Source: the human T2T-CHM13v2.0 reference genome, Homo sapiens
DNA: 64,000 nt
Strand: one strand, 5' to 3'
NCBI RefSeq assembly: GCF_009914755.1
Contig: NC_060926.1
Shown here: in pieces, positions 1-12,175 of the stretch
Numbering within the stretch: the first letter of the stretch is position 1
Layout of the letters: the number at the start of each line of letters is the position of its first letter
Notes under the pieces: generated by a model
What the model was told of the DNA's origin: nothing
The model's input: only the letters and a program-made list of their open reading frames with translations
Databases searched by the model: none
Translations under genes and position numbers: made by a program

Positions 1-269
1 GGCACATGCTACTCAGACTTCTTCATTACTCACAGAAACAGCAGTGGCCAAAGTACAAACATTTGCCCTGGTTCTTTGAGTCTCAGGAAGTTGCACAGGA
101 ACCAGGGCAAATGTTTGTACTCCGGCCGCTGCTGATGCTGTGAATAATAAAGCCCTTTGTCTCTGACCTAGAAGTCTTTTGTCTTCTGCCAGCATCCGTG
201 AAATGGTAGCAAGCTAACTTGTTAACTTACAAATACAGTAAATTTCAGACTCCTTCACAATTCTTGACA
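1..269 (+). mobile_element. 3' part of an ERV LTR, MER21/MER77-group-like, cut by the window start
   Basis: AATAAA followed by ...TTTGTCTCTGACC...TCTTCTGCCAGCATCC...GCTAACTTGTTA...TTCTTGACA, ending in CA; matches my recall of this LTR group. Confidence 0.6.
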
Positions 270-707
270 TACCTACTATGTGTGAGGCTCTGATTGTAAG
301 AGGGGTACCCTACAAAACATAGATTATAAACTGCTCTTCTGCAGACAACAATCTAGTATGAGATAAAGATTTTAAAAGACAAACATATCATTTTTAAGTG
401 GCAGCAAGTATCAAGAAAGAAATTAGGAAATTGCAACAGAGAATGACATGGGGGACAATTTTAGATTAAGTAGTTAGAGGAGGCTTCTCTGGACAGGAGA
501 CACTTAAACTGAGTCTTAGAGATAAGAACAAGCAGACCTATGGCAAGCAAAGGCAAGAGCCTCCCAGGCAGAAGGAATCACATCTACAAAGGTTCAGAAG
601 CAGCAAAGAGTTTGGCACATTTTGAGGAATTAAGAAATCAATATGATTAAAGCATAGTGACCATGTGGGTGCTAGGTAAGCATGGAGTTAATAGGCAAGG
701 TCTAAAT

Positions 708-885
708 CAGGGACCTCAATCCTGGCTGTACTTTAGAATCTACCAAGGAATATATCAAAAATATCAGTGCCCCAGGTCCATCCGAGAGCAATTAAATCAG
801 AATGTTTAGGTGTGAAACTCAACCTCTGATAATCTTTGAAATAGTCCTAGGTGATTCTAATATGCAGCAAGGGTTGAAGACCACG
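708..885. mobile_element. MER5-type hAT-Charlie DNA transposon fragment
   Basis: CTCAATCCTGGCTGTACTTTAGAATC...AATTAAATCAGAAT...GGTGATTCTAATATGCAGCAAGGGTTGAAGACCAC. Confidence 0.65.
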
Positions 886-971
886 GATCTTGAGGCTGCC
901 AGAGCCTCGTAGGAGTCTGAGTTTTATTGAGGAGTTCAGATTTGAGTTAAAGTGTAATAAAAAGCCATTGA

Positions 972-1283
<312 letters not shown>

Positions 1284-1577
1284 TTAAGCACAGAAGAGAT
1301 ACCATGTTTTAAAAGGATCTCTCTTGGCTGCTGTGAGAAGGATGGATTGGAGGAGTTCTGTGGTGGAAGCAAAGAGATGAGCTGGGAAGTTAATCAACTT
1401 GTCTAGACAACAGGTGAAAATGGAGGCTTGGACTAGGGTGTGGCTATAAGAAGAATACTAGGAAACATGATTGGATGAGTAGAGCGGAGCCAGATCACAA
1501 ATACTCTACAATATCAGATTGAGGAAATTAGGCTTTGTCCTGCGGGTATCAGGAGAAGTGGGATATTTAAGTATCAC

Positions 1578-1930
1578 GAGTTGGGATTACATCCAGATGC
1601 AAGTCATAGAAAACAACTTGCAGTGGCTTAAACAAAGGTTTATTTTTCTTACATAAACAAGGAATCTAGAAGTAGTATCATTTGTTCAGTTGCTCAAGGT
1701 CAAGAGCAGCATCTTGGTTATTCCCTGATGGTTGCAAAATGGCTGCTGCAGCTCCTCTGTAAACAAATTCATGGCAGTAAGGAAGGAGAACAGGTGGCAC
1801 CAGCCACCTCATCAGATTGGAAGATATACAAGTTTCTTTTAACAGGCATTGGCACATGTTTCTAGAGACCACATCCACCATTTTCACTGGTTGTAACTAT
1901 GACTCCCTTTCCTAAAGGGAGAGCAGACAA
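1578..1930. mobile_element. Old MaLR LTR (MLT1J/K/L-like)
   Basis: CAGTGGCTTAAACAAAGGTTTATTTTTCTTACAT...AAAATGGCTGCTGCAGCTCC. Confidence 0.5.
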
Positions 1931-2607
1931 GAAAAGATTTAGCTTTTTCTAGACACTATCATGCAGGGCAGCAAAAACTGCTAGAATTCTGAGCTGATGA
2001 ATAACATCCTCAAAGAGGTGTTTTAGGAGGGTACAGCCCAGGGGACAATAGAAAAAGTGGAAAGAGAAGAACTAGCAAACCAAGCACATTAAGAGGCAAT
2101 TGATGAAGTAAATAGGATGAAGATCTGAATTGAAATGAAGACAGCAGAAATTAAAAAGGGCTTAGCTGAAGGGATGTGTCTACTCACAGCTATAGGCCTA
2201 GAGATGTTTTTCTGTGCTTTCTTGTAAATGTGTATAACTTTTGCAAAGATAGAGAAATGTATATAAGTAGATGTGCATTTCTGTAAATTCATGTTCCTCT
2301 GTGTCCATAACTGTGTCATTTATTTAGCAAATATTTATTGAGCCCCTCCCTTTGTACAAGGCAGCATGCCAGGCACTATGGGGGAACACTAACATCGGTC
2401 AACCACAAATTCTACCCTCAAGGAGATTACAGACCAGAAAAGGAGAAAACACGCATCCCCAAAGAGCCAAAATGCAAGTTAGTAAAATGACAAATATCAT
2501 AAAGTTATGAAAGTTCAGAAGAGAAAGTCATTCCCTTAGCTGGTAGAAGGTTCATCTGAGTTGCTACAGGCTTGCACCTGCAGAAGGTGGCATCTGAGCT
2601 AGGTCTT

Positions 2608-2917
2608 CTTTTGTTTTGTTTTATTTTGTTTTTGAGAAGGAGTCTTGCTCTGTTGTCCAGACTGGAGTGCAATGGCGTAATCTCAGCTCACTGCAACCTC
2701 CGCCTCCCAGGTTCAAGTGATTTTCTCCTGCTTCAGCCTCCAGAGTAGCTGGGATTACAGGTCCCCGCCACCAGGCCCAGCTAATTTTTGTATTTTTAGT
2801 GGAGACAGGGTTTCACCATGTTGGTCAGGCCGATCTTGAGCTCCTGACCTCAGATGATCCACCCGCCTCGGCCTCCCAAAGTGCTGGGATTACAGGTGTG
2901 AGCTACCGCGCCCAGCC
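2608..2917 (-). mobile_element. AluS
   Basis: Full antisense dimer; TSD TGAGCTAGGTCTT at 2595-2607 and 2918-2930. Confidence 0.95.
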
Positions 2918-2942
2918 TGAGCTAGGTCTTAAAGAATTAATA

Positions 2943-3245
<303 letters not shown>

Positions 3246-3602
3246 AAAGAATTAATAGAATGGGGGGGAGGAATGTAGGAAGGGGGCAAGTGACAACACA
3301 GCATTCTTGTCTAATTGGCTAGAAAGGGTGGTGAAAAATAAGCCTGGAAGAAGTAGATCCAAAGAACTGCATCTTCTTTTACAGACTAGCAAGTATTTAC
3401 TGGACTCCTACTAAGGTGGAGGTACTATGCTGGAGCCTACATTTCTACATTTGTGTTTCTATGTTTTCACATATGTGTGCCTGTTTGTGAACAAGTATAT
3501 GTTTTACTCTGTGTACACAGCTGTGTCTCCCTTTGTATGTTTTAGTTGGCATCTTAATGTGTACATTTACACAAAACTTTGTGTGTATGTGCCTACATAT
3601 GC

Positions 3603-3616
3603 CCAGCAGGTGGCGC
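3603..3616 (+). promoter_or_regulatory. Candidate CTCF site, forward
   Basis: CCAGCAGGTGGCGC matches the CTCF core CCASYAGRKGGCRS at every position. Confidence 0.6.
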
Positions 3617-4068
3617 CCAAAATCATAACTAGCAAGGAAAATTTTACCATTGTATTCCCATACCCAGCACCATCTCTAACAAATTGAAGATAATAAATAT
3701 GTATAGAATGAGTTGATGAAATGCTAACATGCCCCATGGAAGAAATGGGGGAAGGAGAGAAGTTCAGAGAGGCTGACCCATCAGCAAAGACCCCCACAAA
3801 GGGTCTGTTGGATTCATGGTCACACTCATAGAAGTCACAGAGGGGTCAGCAGGGGGATGTATGATAAAACAATAAAACGTATTGTTTGCTATCACCCCTA
3901 AGGCTTCTCCTCCTCATAATGGGGCATCTAACCCTGATCCTTTCCTTCAGCTCACTTTTATTTAGTGCCTAGTGAGTACTAGGACCTATGGGAAACACCA
4001 CCTCTGCCCTGTAGGAGTTTACAATCTACGAAGAGAAATAAAGCTTATTAAGAAAATAATAATAACAG

Positions 4069-4362
4069 AGCTGGGCACAGTGGCTCACACCTGTAATCCC
4101 AGCACTTTGGGAGGCCAAGGAAGGAGGATCACTTGAGCTTAGGAGTTCAAGGCCGGCCTGGGCAAATGGCAAAATCCCATCTCTATAAAAAATTTAAAAA
4201 TTAGCTGGGTGTGGTGGCACACGCCTGTAGTCCCAGCTACTAGGGAGGCTGAGGTGGGGGGATCACTTGAGCGTGGGAGGTAGAGGCTGCAGTGAGCCAT
4301 GAGCGTGCCACTGCACCCCAGCCTGGGCAACAGAGTGAGACCCTGTCTCAAATAAATAAATA
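4069..4362 (+). mobile_element. AluJ
   Basis: Full dimer with J-type diagnostics and (TAAA)n tail. Confidence 0.92.
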
Positions 4363-4521
4363 ACAACCAATACAACCCTCTCTGCCTACTGCTGAGGAAG
4401 TTCCATCGCACCCCGTATGAGAAGTGCTCTGTTAAGGACAGAGCCATGGAGCCAGAGGAGGGTCCAATTGATCTTCTTAAGGACCTTTTGATCCAGAGGT
4501 CTCTGCCCAGTGCACATCTGG

Positions 4522-4618
4522 CCCTGGCACCTCCTCCCTAACCCTTTCCCACCCTGGCTCCTCCTCCCTAACCCTTCCCCACCCTGACTGCTTCCTAACC
4601 CCTCCCCACCCTGGCACC
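4522..4618. repeat. 30-bp minisatellite, ~3.3 copies
   Basis: Units CCCTGGCACCTCCTCCCTAACCCTTTCCCA / CCCTGGCTCCTCCTCCCTAACCCTTCCCCA / CCCTGACTGCTTCCTAACCCCTCCCCA / CCCTGGCACC. Confidence 0.85.
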
Positions 4619-4959
4619 CTTCCATAGCCTGTCCAGGAGAAAGAAGGCCTCTGATTGCCCACAGTGACTCCTGCTCTGGTCATTTCACACAAGAACATAG
4701 ATAGCACCATCAATATTCTCTTTGCTCACTTCACAGGGGAACTGAAACTTAGTTTTGTAGGAAAAACCTTGAACGAACAAAGATCTAGTAAATGGGACCA
4801 ATTTCAGGTCGCTGCGCACTATGAGGGCTGGCAATGCCAAACATGCTAAAAGGCTGAGTTGTCATCATGGCTGGTTCTGGCTGCTCAGTCCTCCCCATTG
4901 CCTCGGTCCTTTCTCCGCGCTTCCAGCAGCACTTGGTGACGGATATATGATGCCACTGC

Positions 4960-5447
4960 CGGTCAAGGCTTCCCCATGAACCTCTGAGGAAATCCACATA
5001 CCTCAGTCTGGCACTCAGGGCTCTCTGCAAAGTGGACCTCACCTCCTGCTCCAGCCACTTCTCCCATTATTCCTCTGTACCCACCTGCACCCCACACTCT
5101 CAGCTCCCCAGATATACTCACACTTTCTCTCCCCTGCACCTTTGCTGAGGCGGCTCCTTTTCCCTGGAAGGTCCTCCTTTCCCATCTCCACCTGACAAAT
5201 GACCACCGCCTTTCAAGGCCCACTTCAAATGCCACCTCCTTCCTCATGCCTTTCATGCTCCACCCCAACCCAGTGTAGCCTCTCCCTCCTCTCTTGGCAA
5301 TTGTCATCCTCAGCTTCATTATTTTAATGTTTATTATTCAAATACCAGATCCTTCTATTAGACGCTAAGCACTGCAAGGGAAAAATCTGTTTCTTATTCA
5401 CCCAGCATCCAGCAACCCATCTGACATGGAGTAGATGCTCAAAACAT
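4960..5447 (+). mobile_element. L2 3' fragment
   Basis: CACCTTTGCT...TTCCCTGGAAGGTCCTCC...TTTCAAGGCCCACTTCAAATGCCACCTCC and terminal GTAGATGCTCAAAACATG. Confidence 0.7.
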
Positions 5448-5454
5448 GCAGAGC

Positions 5455-5760
5455 AGCCAGGCGCAGTGGCTCACGCCTGTAATCCCAGCACTTTGGGAGT
5501 CCAAAGCCAGCGGACCACCTGAGGTCAGGAGTTTGAGACCAGCCTGGCCAACATAGTGAAACCCTATCTTTACTGAAAATAAAAAAAAATTAGCCAGGCA
5601 TAGTGGTGGGCACCTGTAATCCCAGCCACTCAGGAGGCTGAGGCAGGAGAATCGCATGAACCTGGGAGGCAGAGGTTACAGGGAGCTGAGATCGCGCCAC
5701 TTCACTCCAGCCTGGGTGACAGAATGAGACTCCATCTCAAAAAACAAAAAACAAAAACAA
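5455..5760 (+). mobile_element. AluS
   Basis: Full dimer with CACCTGAGGTCAGGAGTT and (CAAAAA)n tail. Confidence 0.93.
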
Positions 5761-7251
5761 CTTTCAGAGGTGCTACAGCTAAGTCTGCTGTGAATGTGGA
5801 CAGCTGTACTTCAATGCTACAAGACACAGGAGCAATGAACCGTGAGCTTCAAAGGGTCCACACACTGATGCTCTTTCCATGACAAGATAAAAATAAGGCC
5901 ACACTGAGACCTACCAGGTGCCAAGTACCTCCTGGCCCTAACTCCCCCCACCCCCACCAGGCTCCTGGCCTCCTCAATCCTCAAGGACTGACCACCTAGA
6001 AAATCTCTCTCCTTCCCTTCCCTCTCCTCTGCCATGCCTTTCCTTCCCCTTCTCTTCTTTCCTCTGCTGTTCCTTAAAGCCCTGGGGCTTCTGCCCCCAG
6101 AACCCTGAGGGGAAAGTCAAAGGGCTGAGGGAGCCCACCCGCTTCTGAGCAGTGCAATGAGGAAGTGATGATCAGAGGTCACTGTCTTGGTCAGTTCCTG
6201 TTTCTGAAGCAAAGATGCCAAAATCTGTTCCTTTTTCTTGTGAAAAAATATTGGGGTTTTGACTTTCAAAATTCCCGGAACCAATGCTGTCACTGTGAGT
6301 TGGCTGCGTTTCTGTCTGCCTGTGTCTGTGTGAAAGGTCTGCCAGGGCCTCCTAGGCCTGCTCCTTGTGGAGGAGTGTCCAGAGGCAATGTTGGAAGTGA
6401 CATCTCATTCCCTGACGCTCCTGAGTCCCACAGACGCCCATCAGGCCGGTCTGAGGAGGGGCAAGTGCATCAGGACAGACCTGGCTCGGGTCTCCTATTT
6501 CCTCCCAGGGCCTGGCAGAGGACTTGCTCTGAAGGGAGCCCCTCCCCAGGCCTAGATCAGGCTACTTGGAAGTCCCTGAAGTGGTGGAAACTTCAGCAGG
6601 CCACTCGGGCTCAGGTGATGTGGGCTAAGTTGGGAAACTCCATCTCTGTTCTGCTTCCGAGCTTGAAGCCATCCTACCCTGGAGGCAGGCAGACAAAGCC
6701 ACCACCATGCTTGCCCCCAGCCTTGGGCCAGGGCATACCTCCCAAGCCCTGGTTTTATTTGAAATGGCTGGACAACACCACTTCATGTAGAGATCATGGA
6801 TCCATCCACCTTGTGGAGCCCTAAGCTGAGAAATGAGGTACACCAGCATGGGGAGCAGAGGTGGGGGGATGGTGGGCTACAGAAACAGGTGCAAAGCAAC
6901 TAAGCCAAACTCAGAGCCTCAAGCCAGGGTAAGAGAGAGAGAGTGGGGGTTGGCATTGAAGTTAGTATCAAGGTGTGCAGTTCAGAGTGGTCTTGGGGAA
7001 GCGGTGGTGCTAGACCCTCTGGACTGGGCCCACCTCGGAATGGCAGGTAAGAAAGGGCAGGGCAGGGTCTGGGTAGCAAGTTCTCTGTGTATGCAGGAAG
7101 CAAAGATGAGAGCTTTCTAGCAAGTTTCACATCTGGCCTGTGTTTCCTCTGGTCTCTGCTTTCATTTATACTGTCCCCACCCAATTCCTTCCTCTTTCTC
7201 TCATTCATTCAACAAACAGGTGGTGCATTTACTGTAAGGCAAGCACAATTC

Positions 7252-7653
7252 TAGACAGCAGGTTTGGATGTGTATCCCCTCTAAATCTCATAATGAATCG
7301 TAATCCCCATTGTTGGAGGTGGGAAGGTGTCTTGGTCATGGGGGTGGGTCCTGCATGGCTTGGTGCTCTCCTCACCATAGTGAGTTCTCACGAGATCTGG
7401 TCATTTAAAAGTATGTGGCACCTCTCCCCCCATGCTCTCTCTTGCTCCTCCTCTGGCCATGTGAGATGACAGCTTCCTCCTTTGCCCTCCACCATGATTG
7501 AAAGCTCCCTGAGGCTTCACCAGAAGCTGAGCAGATGACAGCACCATGCTTCCTGTAAAGCCTGCAGAAACATGAGCCAATTAAACCTCTCTTCTTTATA
7601 AATTGCTTAGTCTCGGGTATTTCCTTATAGCAACGGGAAACTGGCCTAAGACA
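7252..7653 (+). mobile_element. MST-family (MSTA-like) solo LTR, ERVL-MaLR
   Basis: GGTTTGGATGTGTATCCCC...TGTGGCACCTC...CCATGATTGAAAGCTCCCTGAGGC...GAGCCAATTAAACCTCT...CTAAGACA. Confidence 0.85.
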
Positions 7654-8449
7654 GTAGGTCCACAAAGTTAATAAAAGATTTAGCCAATCTCTGCCCTTAT
7701 AGAGCTATTGTCAAGCTGGGGAGATAAGTTCACAAGCAAATATTCATGATCCAGTGTGAAAAGTGCGATCACGTGGCCGTGGAAGCAGATGGAAGGAGTA
7801 GAAGTTGCGGGGATCAAGGAATAATTCATAGAGAATAGACGCCATTGGAGCTGGAAACCAGAGAAGGGCAGGAGGGTGTCAGTACAGCAGTCTGCAGCGG
7901 GAAGGGTTTAGGGGTGCAGGGCAGATGGTAACGCCTCTCAAACGCCACTCTTGACTGGATCTGACATCCTAGTGGAGACTGATGGAGGAAAGAGATCATG
8001 GATCCATCAATCAGTCCCTGTTCCAAGTGCCAGGGGCCACCTTCCTAGCAGATGTTATAGGGGACCCAATCTAAGACCCTCAATTCACCTTCCCCTCTTC
8101 CACTTCCCCAGCCAAATCATGTTTTTGCTTGTGTCCGGGGGAAGCTGGGAGCTTTCTCAAGCTAACCCAACCCCCAGGTTTTCCATCTTCTCATGCCTCC
8201 ACTCCCCAGTATAGTGTAAAGCGGCCTCCTCACTCAGGCCCAGGTCAAGACTGACCTCAGTGCCACCCTCCCGGCTCTGCCTCTAAACTTCACCCACCAC
8301 AATGCAGCCAACAATCTCACAAGGGGCCGGCCTCTCTCTCAGGGCAAGCCTCATCCCCTAGAAGCCGACTCCGCCTGGCCCACCATGCCTGCAGCAGAAA
8401 GGCCTGAGGCTGGGCCTAGAACACTGAGGACGTCAGTGGCCAGGACTTT

Positions 8450-10360
8450 CCAAAGCTGAAACTGGGACCTGCGGAGGCCTCACTGTCCGGAGCAGCGTCC
8501 AGGTCCTCAGCATCCTCTTCGCTGGGCCCCACGCGTGTCGTGCGCCACCCCAGAAGGCAGGGCCTGATTCGGATCAGCAGGGGCTGCAGGGCCGCTCTGC
8601 AGGTGGGTGACTCAGGCCCCTCTTGAACCCTTAGGCCTGAGGCAGAGACTGGGCAGGAGGCTGGGCGTGGCCGGGGAGCCCCTTCACGTGCTCCCCTTCT
8701 CGAGGGTTCACGGGGCTCTGGAGGCCCAGATGCTGGCAAAGTGGCGGGAGCGCTCCAGGGACGAGGACTCAGGTCGGGGCGCCCCCGCCAGCGCCAGGAT
8801 CCCCGCTCACCCTCCGCCGCGCCCCGCCCCCGCCCCGACACACTGGGGGAGCCCCGCCCTCCCCGAGGCCCGCGCGGCGCCGCAGGAGGAATCCCAGCCA
8901 TTTCCTCCACGCTGCGCGGTATGTGGCCTGCCCGCCGCCAACCGCAGCGCGAGCCGGTCCCCAGCCGCGCCTGGCAGCTGCCCCGGCTCCGCCGTGCTGC
9001 TCGGGATTCCGGGAAGGCCGCCCCCTCGTCCCGGGCCACCAGACCGGCCTTTCCAGCGGCTCCAGGCCCGTGCAGTCCCGCCGGACGCCGGCTACACCAC
9101 GCGCCGCTGCTGGAACCTCTCCCAGCCCCGCGTGGCCGCCCCCGGCCCAGGCACCCCCTCCCCGGAACGCCCCCGACGGCCCCTCGCGTCCGAGCTGGAA
9201 ACTGAAGTTGACGCTTGCTCCGTCACCCTGGGGCAAATTGCTTTGCCTAAGCCTCAGTTTCTCCATCTGTGAAATGGGGACGTTGGCAGGAGTGCCTGTC
9301 TCGTTGTGCTGCCCGAGGGGTGAATGAGAAAAGGAAAGCGTTGGACTACTGTCAACGCGATTTTCATTTCCCTAGGTACCACGAGGGTCCTGGCTTTTCG
9401 CACAGGATCTTAGCACCCACCCTGCCCCTCGCCTCTCCTCCAGCCCAGTTGCCGGTGGAGCAAGCAGGCCGGGCTTTGCGAGTGGGCAGAGGAGAGGGCT
9501 GGGGCCTGCCCAAGACTGCGCCCTGCACAGATTAAACAATGCCTGAAGGTCCCACGACACAGCCTTCCTCGAGATTCACCGTTGCCCTCTCCTCAATCAC
9601 TAGGTTCTTGAAAGACCCAAAGGACAGTTATTTACATTTTTTTTAAATGATGTCATCGCAGTCTGAGAGCAGCCAGACACGTAGTGATCAGGGAAAGTCG
9701 AAAGTGCAGATGGGTTCGCAAACGTGGACTCTCTAGTTTTGGGTCTGCAGATGGGGCCGGCCACCACGTGCTCTCTGAGTTCTCTTTCCAAGTACAGATC
9801 CCTCCGGAGACGGAACATTGTTCCGCCTTTAATTCTTCCCAGGAGCTGCGGAGGAAGGCGTGAGAACCGGAGCCCGGGGTGACTTGCGGGGGAGGGGATC
9901 GCTTCCCCGTCGCCCACACCTGCCTAACCCACGCCCACGGCGGCCGCAAAGGCGACACCGCGTGAATCTGGAAAGCCCCGAGTTTCAACAGGCCCAACCA
10001 TCGGCGGCTTTGCAGGCGCAGCACCAAGTGCTGCTCTGCCTGTGTTCCCCCAGACAGCCCCTGGTTGTGATTTGTCGTTTCCAGTCCAGCTAGAGTCCCA
10101 AGGCCAAGAACTAGACCCTTGCAGCGAGATCCGCGCCCCCCCCCACCCCACCCCGCCTCATTCTCCACAGGCGCCACAGCCACAGGCCGCATAAATAAAT
10201 CCAGGTGGAGGCAGACCCAGAAACCCAGGTGCTATAAATATCCCAGCCCAGCCGGGAGACTGACCTCCCAGGCAGCCCCTCGCCCCCACCCGCCCTAGAC
10301 CAGCACTTCCGGCCACCACAGCGCTGAGGGCGGATCTCCCCGCGGTGGGAGGAGCGGGCT
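8450..10360. promoter_or_regulatory. CpG island / candidate promoter-enhancer with no recognisable coding gene in the window
   Basis: Very high GC and CpG density in two blocks (~8680-9220, ~9800-10360); GC boxes; AP-1 TGACTCA 8608-8614; GAS TTCCGGGAA 9007-9015; NF-kB GGGGCTTTCC (-) 9970-9979; ETS CCGGAAGTG (-) 10304-10312; TATAAATA 10233-10240. Confidence 0.85.
9215..9340 (+). mobile_element. MIR core inside the CpG island
   Basis: GGGCAAATTGCTTTGCCTAAGCCTCAGTTTCTCCATCTGTGAAATGGGG. Confidence 0.75.
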
Positions 10361-10637
10361 CCACCAGGATGCAGGCCTGGCTTCCCTTTCTTTCTTCTCC
10401 TGGGAGCCTCTGGCGGCCCAACCTGAGGGCTTGCCCTCTTCTCTGGAACCACCTCCCTAACTCTCAATCGCATACCTCTCCCTCCCTCCCCCTGGTATTT
10501 TTAGAGAGGCCTTCTCTCAGGGACCCCATACTGCGACCAGACTTCAAGAAATGCTGACTTCTCTTTCTAGATGAATAAGCATAGTTGGAAGGCAACAACC
10601 TCAATCAGAGTTTACAATCTAAAATTTGATTCTAAAC

Positions 10638-10978
<341 letters not shown>

Positions 10979-11197
10979 TAATAGCATTTTTTATGTGATT
11001 AAAACACAGGCTGGAGGCAGAGTAGACCTAAAAGAGGGGAAAGAAGAAGCTGAAGGCATATGCAAAGAAGAGATAGAGCCACACTAGAAAAGAAAGCTGC
11101 TCTACCAGAAGGCTGGTACCTAGGAACTCAGTGGGACTTTCTGAGCCCAGTCTCCTGGGTCTGGGACTTGGTGTGGTGCAGTTCAATAAATCCCTAT

Positions 11198-11905
11198 TGT
11201 GGGGGGGGGGGCGGGGTAGAAAAGATGTGAGATACCTTTCCTCACCCTTCATAAGGGTCATTGCTATAGCAAAAGACTGATTAACAAGAGAAAAGCATAG
11301 CAAATTTACCGAATCAAAGTTTTATGGGACACAGGAGCCTTCAGAAATGAAAACCCAGTGACCCAGGGAAAACTGTCTATTTTTATGCCTAGGTAGAAAT
11401 ACACACTGTCCATTCTTCGTTGAACCTAAGCATAAAAATAGACAAAAGGATGCGATCTAATGGTAACAGACTGAGGGGAGAAACCCAGCAAGGCCTGTCT
11501 GTTCAGATTCTTCTTGGCCTCTCTGAGCAGCATTCCTTCCTCCTGGGTGTGGGGCAGGGGCTTTCTGGAGCACGGGTCTTATAACTCACAGTCAGAGGTA
11601 GATCAGAGAATCTCTTCATGGCCAGTGCCTACACAGAAAGGCAGGGGGAACTTAGAGTAACAGTTCTAGATTTTATGGCTTGCTTTGGGGGAAAGGGATT
11701 CTAGTTATTATGACCTGCCATAGGGAAGAGGAATTCTAGTTTCTATGAATTCAGGGAGAAGAAGGGGTGGGAAATAGGGCAAGAGAAGTTCAGAGAGAGA
11801 TTTTACTTCTGAGACTGCTTCTAAGGCCTTCCAATCTCCTTTAGTTCAAAGTACTCAGCACGCCAAGGCATTATACTTTGACTTATCATTTTCTGAGCCC
11901 CAGCA
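11198..11905 (-). mobile_element. ERV1 solo LTR, MER67/MER31-like
   Basis: Bounded by TG...CA; right end reads TGCTGGGGCTCAGAAAATGATA...GCTGAGTACTTTGAACTAAAGGAGATTGGAAGGCC on the minus strand. Confidence 0.7.
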
Positions 11906-11989
11906 AAATTTAAAACATAGTGAGTGAGTCTTCTAAACATGAAGTCACACCCCATTTCTGATGTAGAAGCTTACACTTTAGGAACTGCT

Positions 11990-12175
11990 ACGGAAGCACT
12001 TTGCAAGCGCCATCTCACTGAATACTACTTAGAAGGAACTATTAACTCCCCGTTTTACAGATTAAAAATCTGAGTTTAGAGAGACTAATTAACTTGCCCG
12101 AGGACACCCAGCTAATAGGGGAGAAGTTTGAACCCACGGATCTGATTCCAGAGGTCATGTGTTAAACCTGTGCTG
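11990..12175 (-). mobile_element. MIR
   Basis: CCCCGTTTTACAGATTAAAAATCTGAG...AACTTGCCCGAGGACACCCAGCT...TTTGAACCC. Confidence 0.75.

Noticed and set aside
6165-6824. 219-aa plus-strand ORF
   Set aside because: No recognisable family or motif, GTG start and no convincing exon boundaries.
9811-9825. CGGAACATTGTTCCG as a steroid response element
   Set aside because: Half sites are 1 bp apart rather than the required 3 bp; kept only as a palindrome.
8416-10557. Overlapping long ORFs (up to 221 aa) on both strands
   Set aside because: Pro/Arg/Ala/Gly-rich with no recognisable domain, open in many frames at once; expected from stop-codon scarcity in a CpG island.
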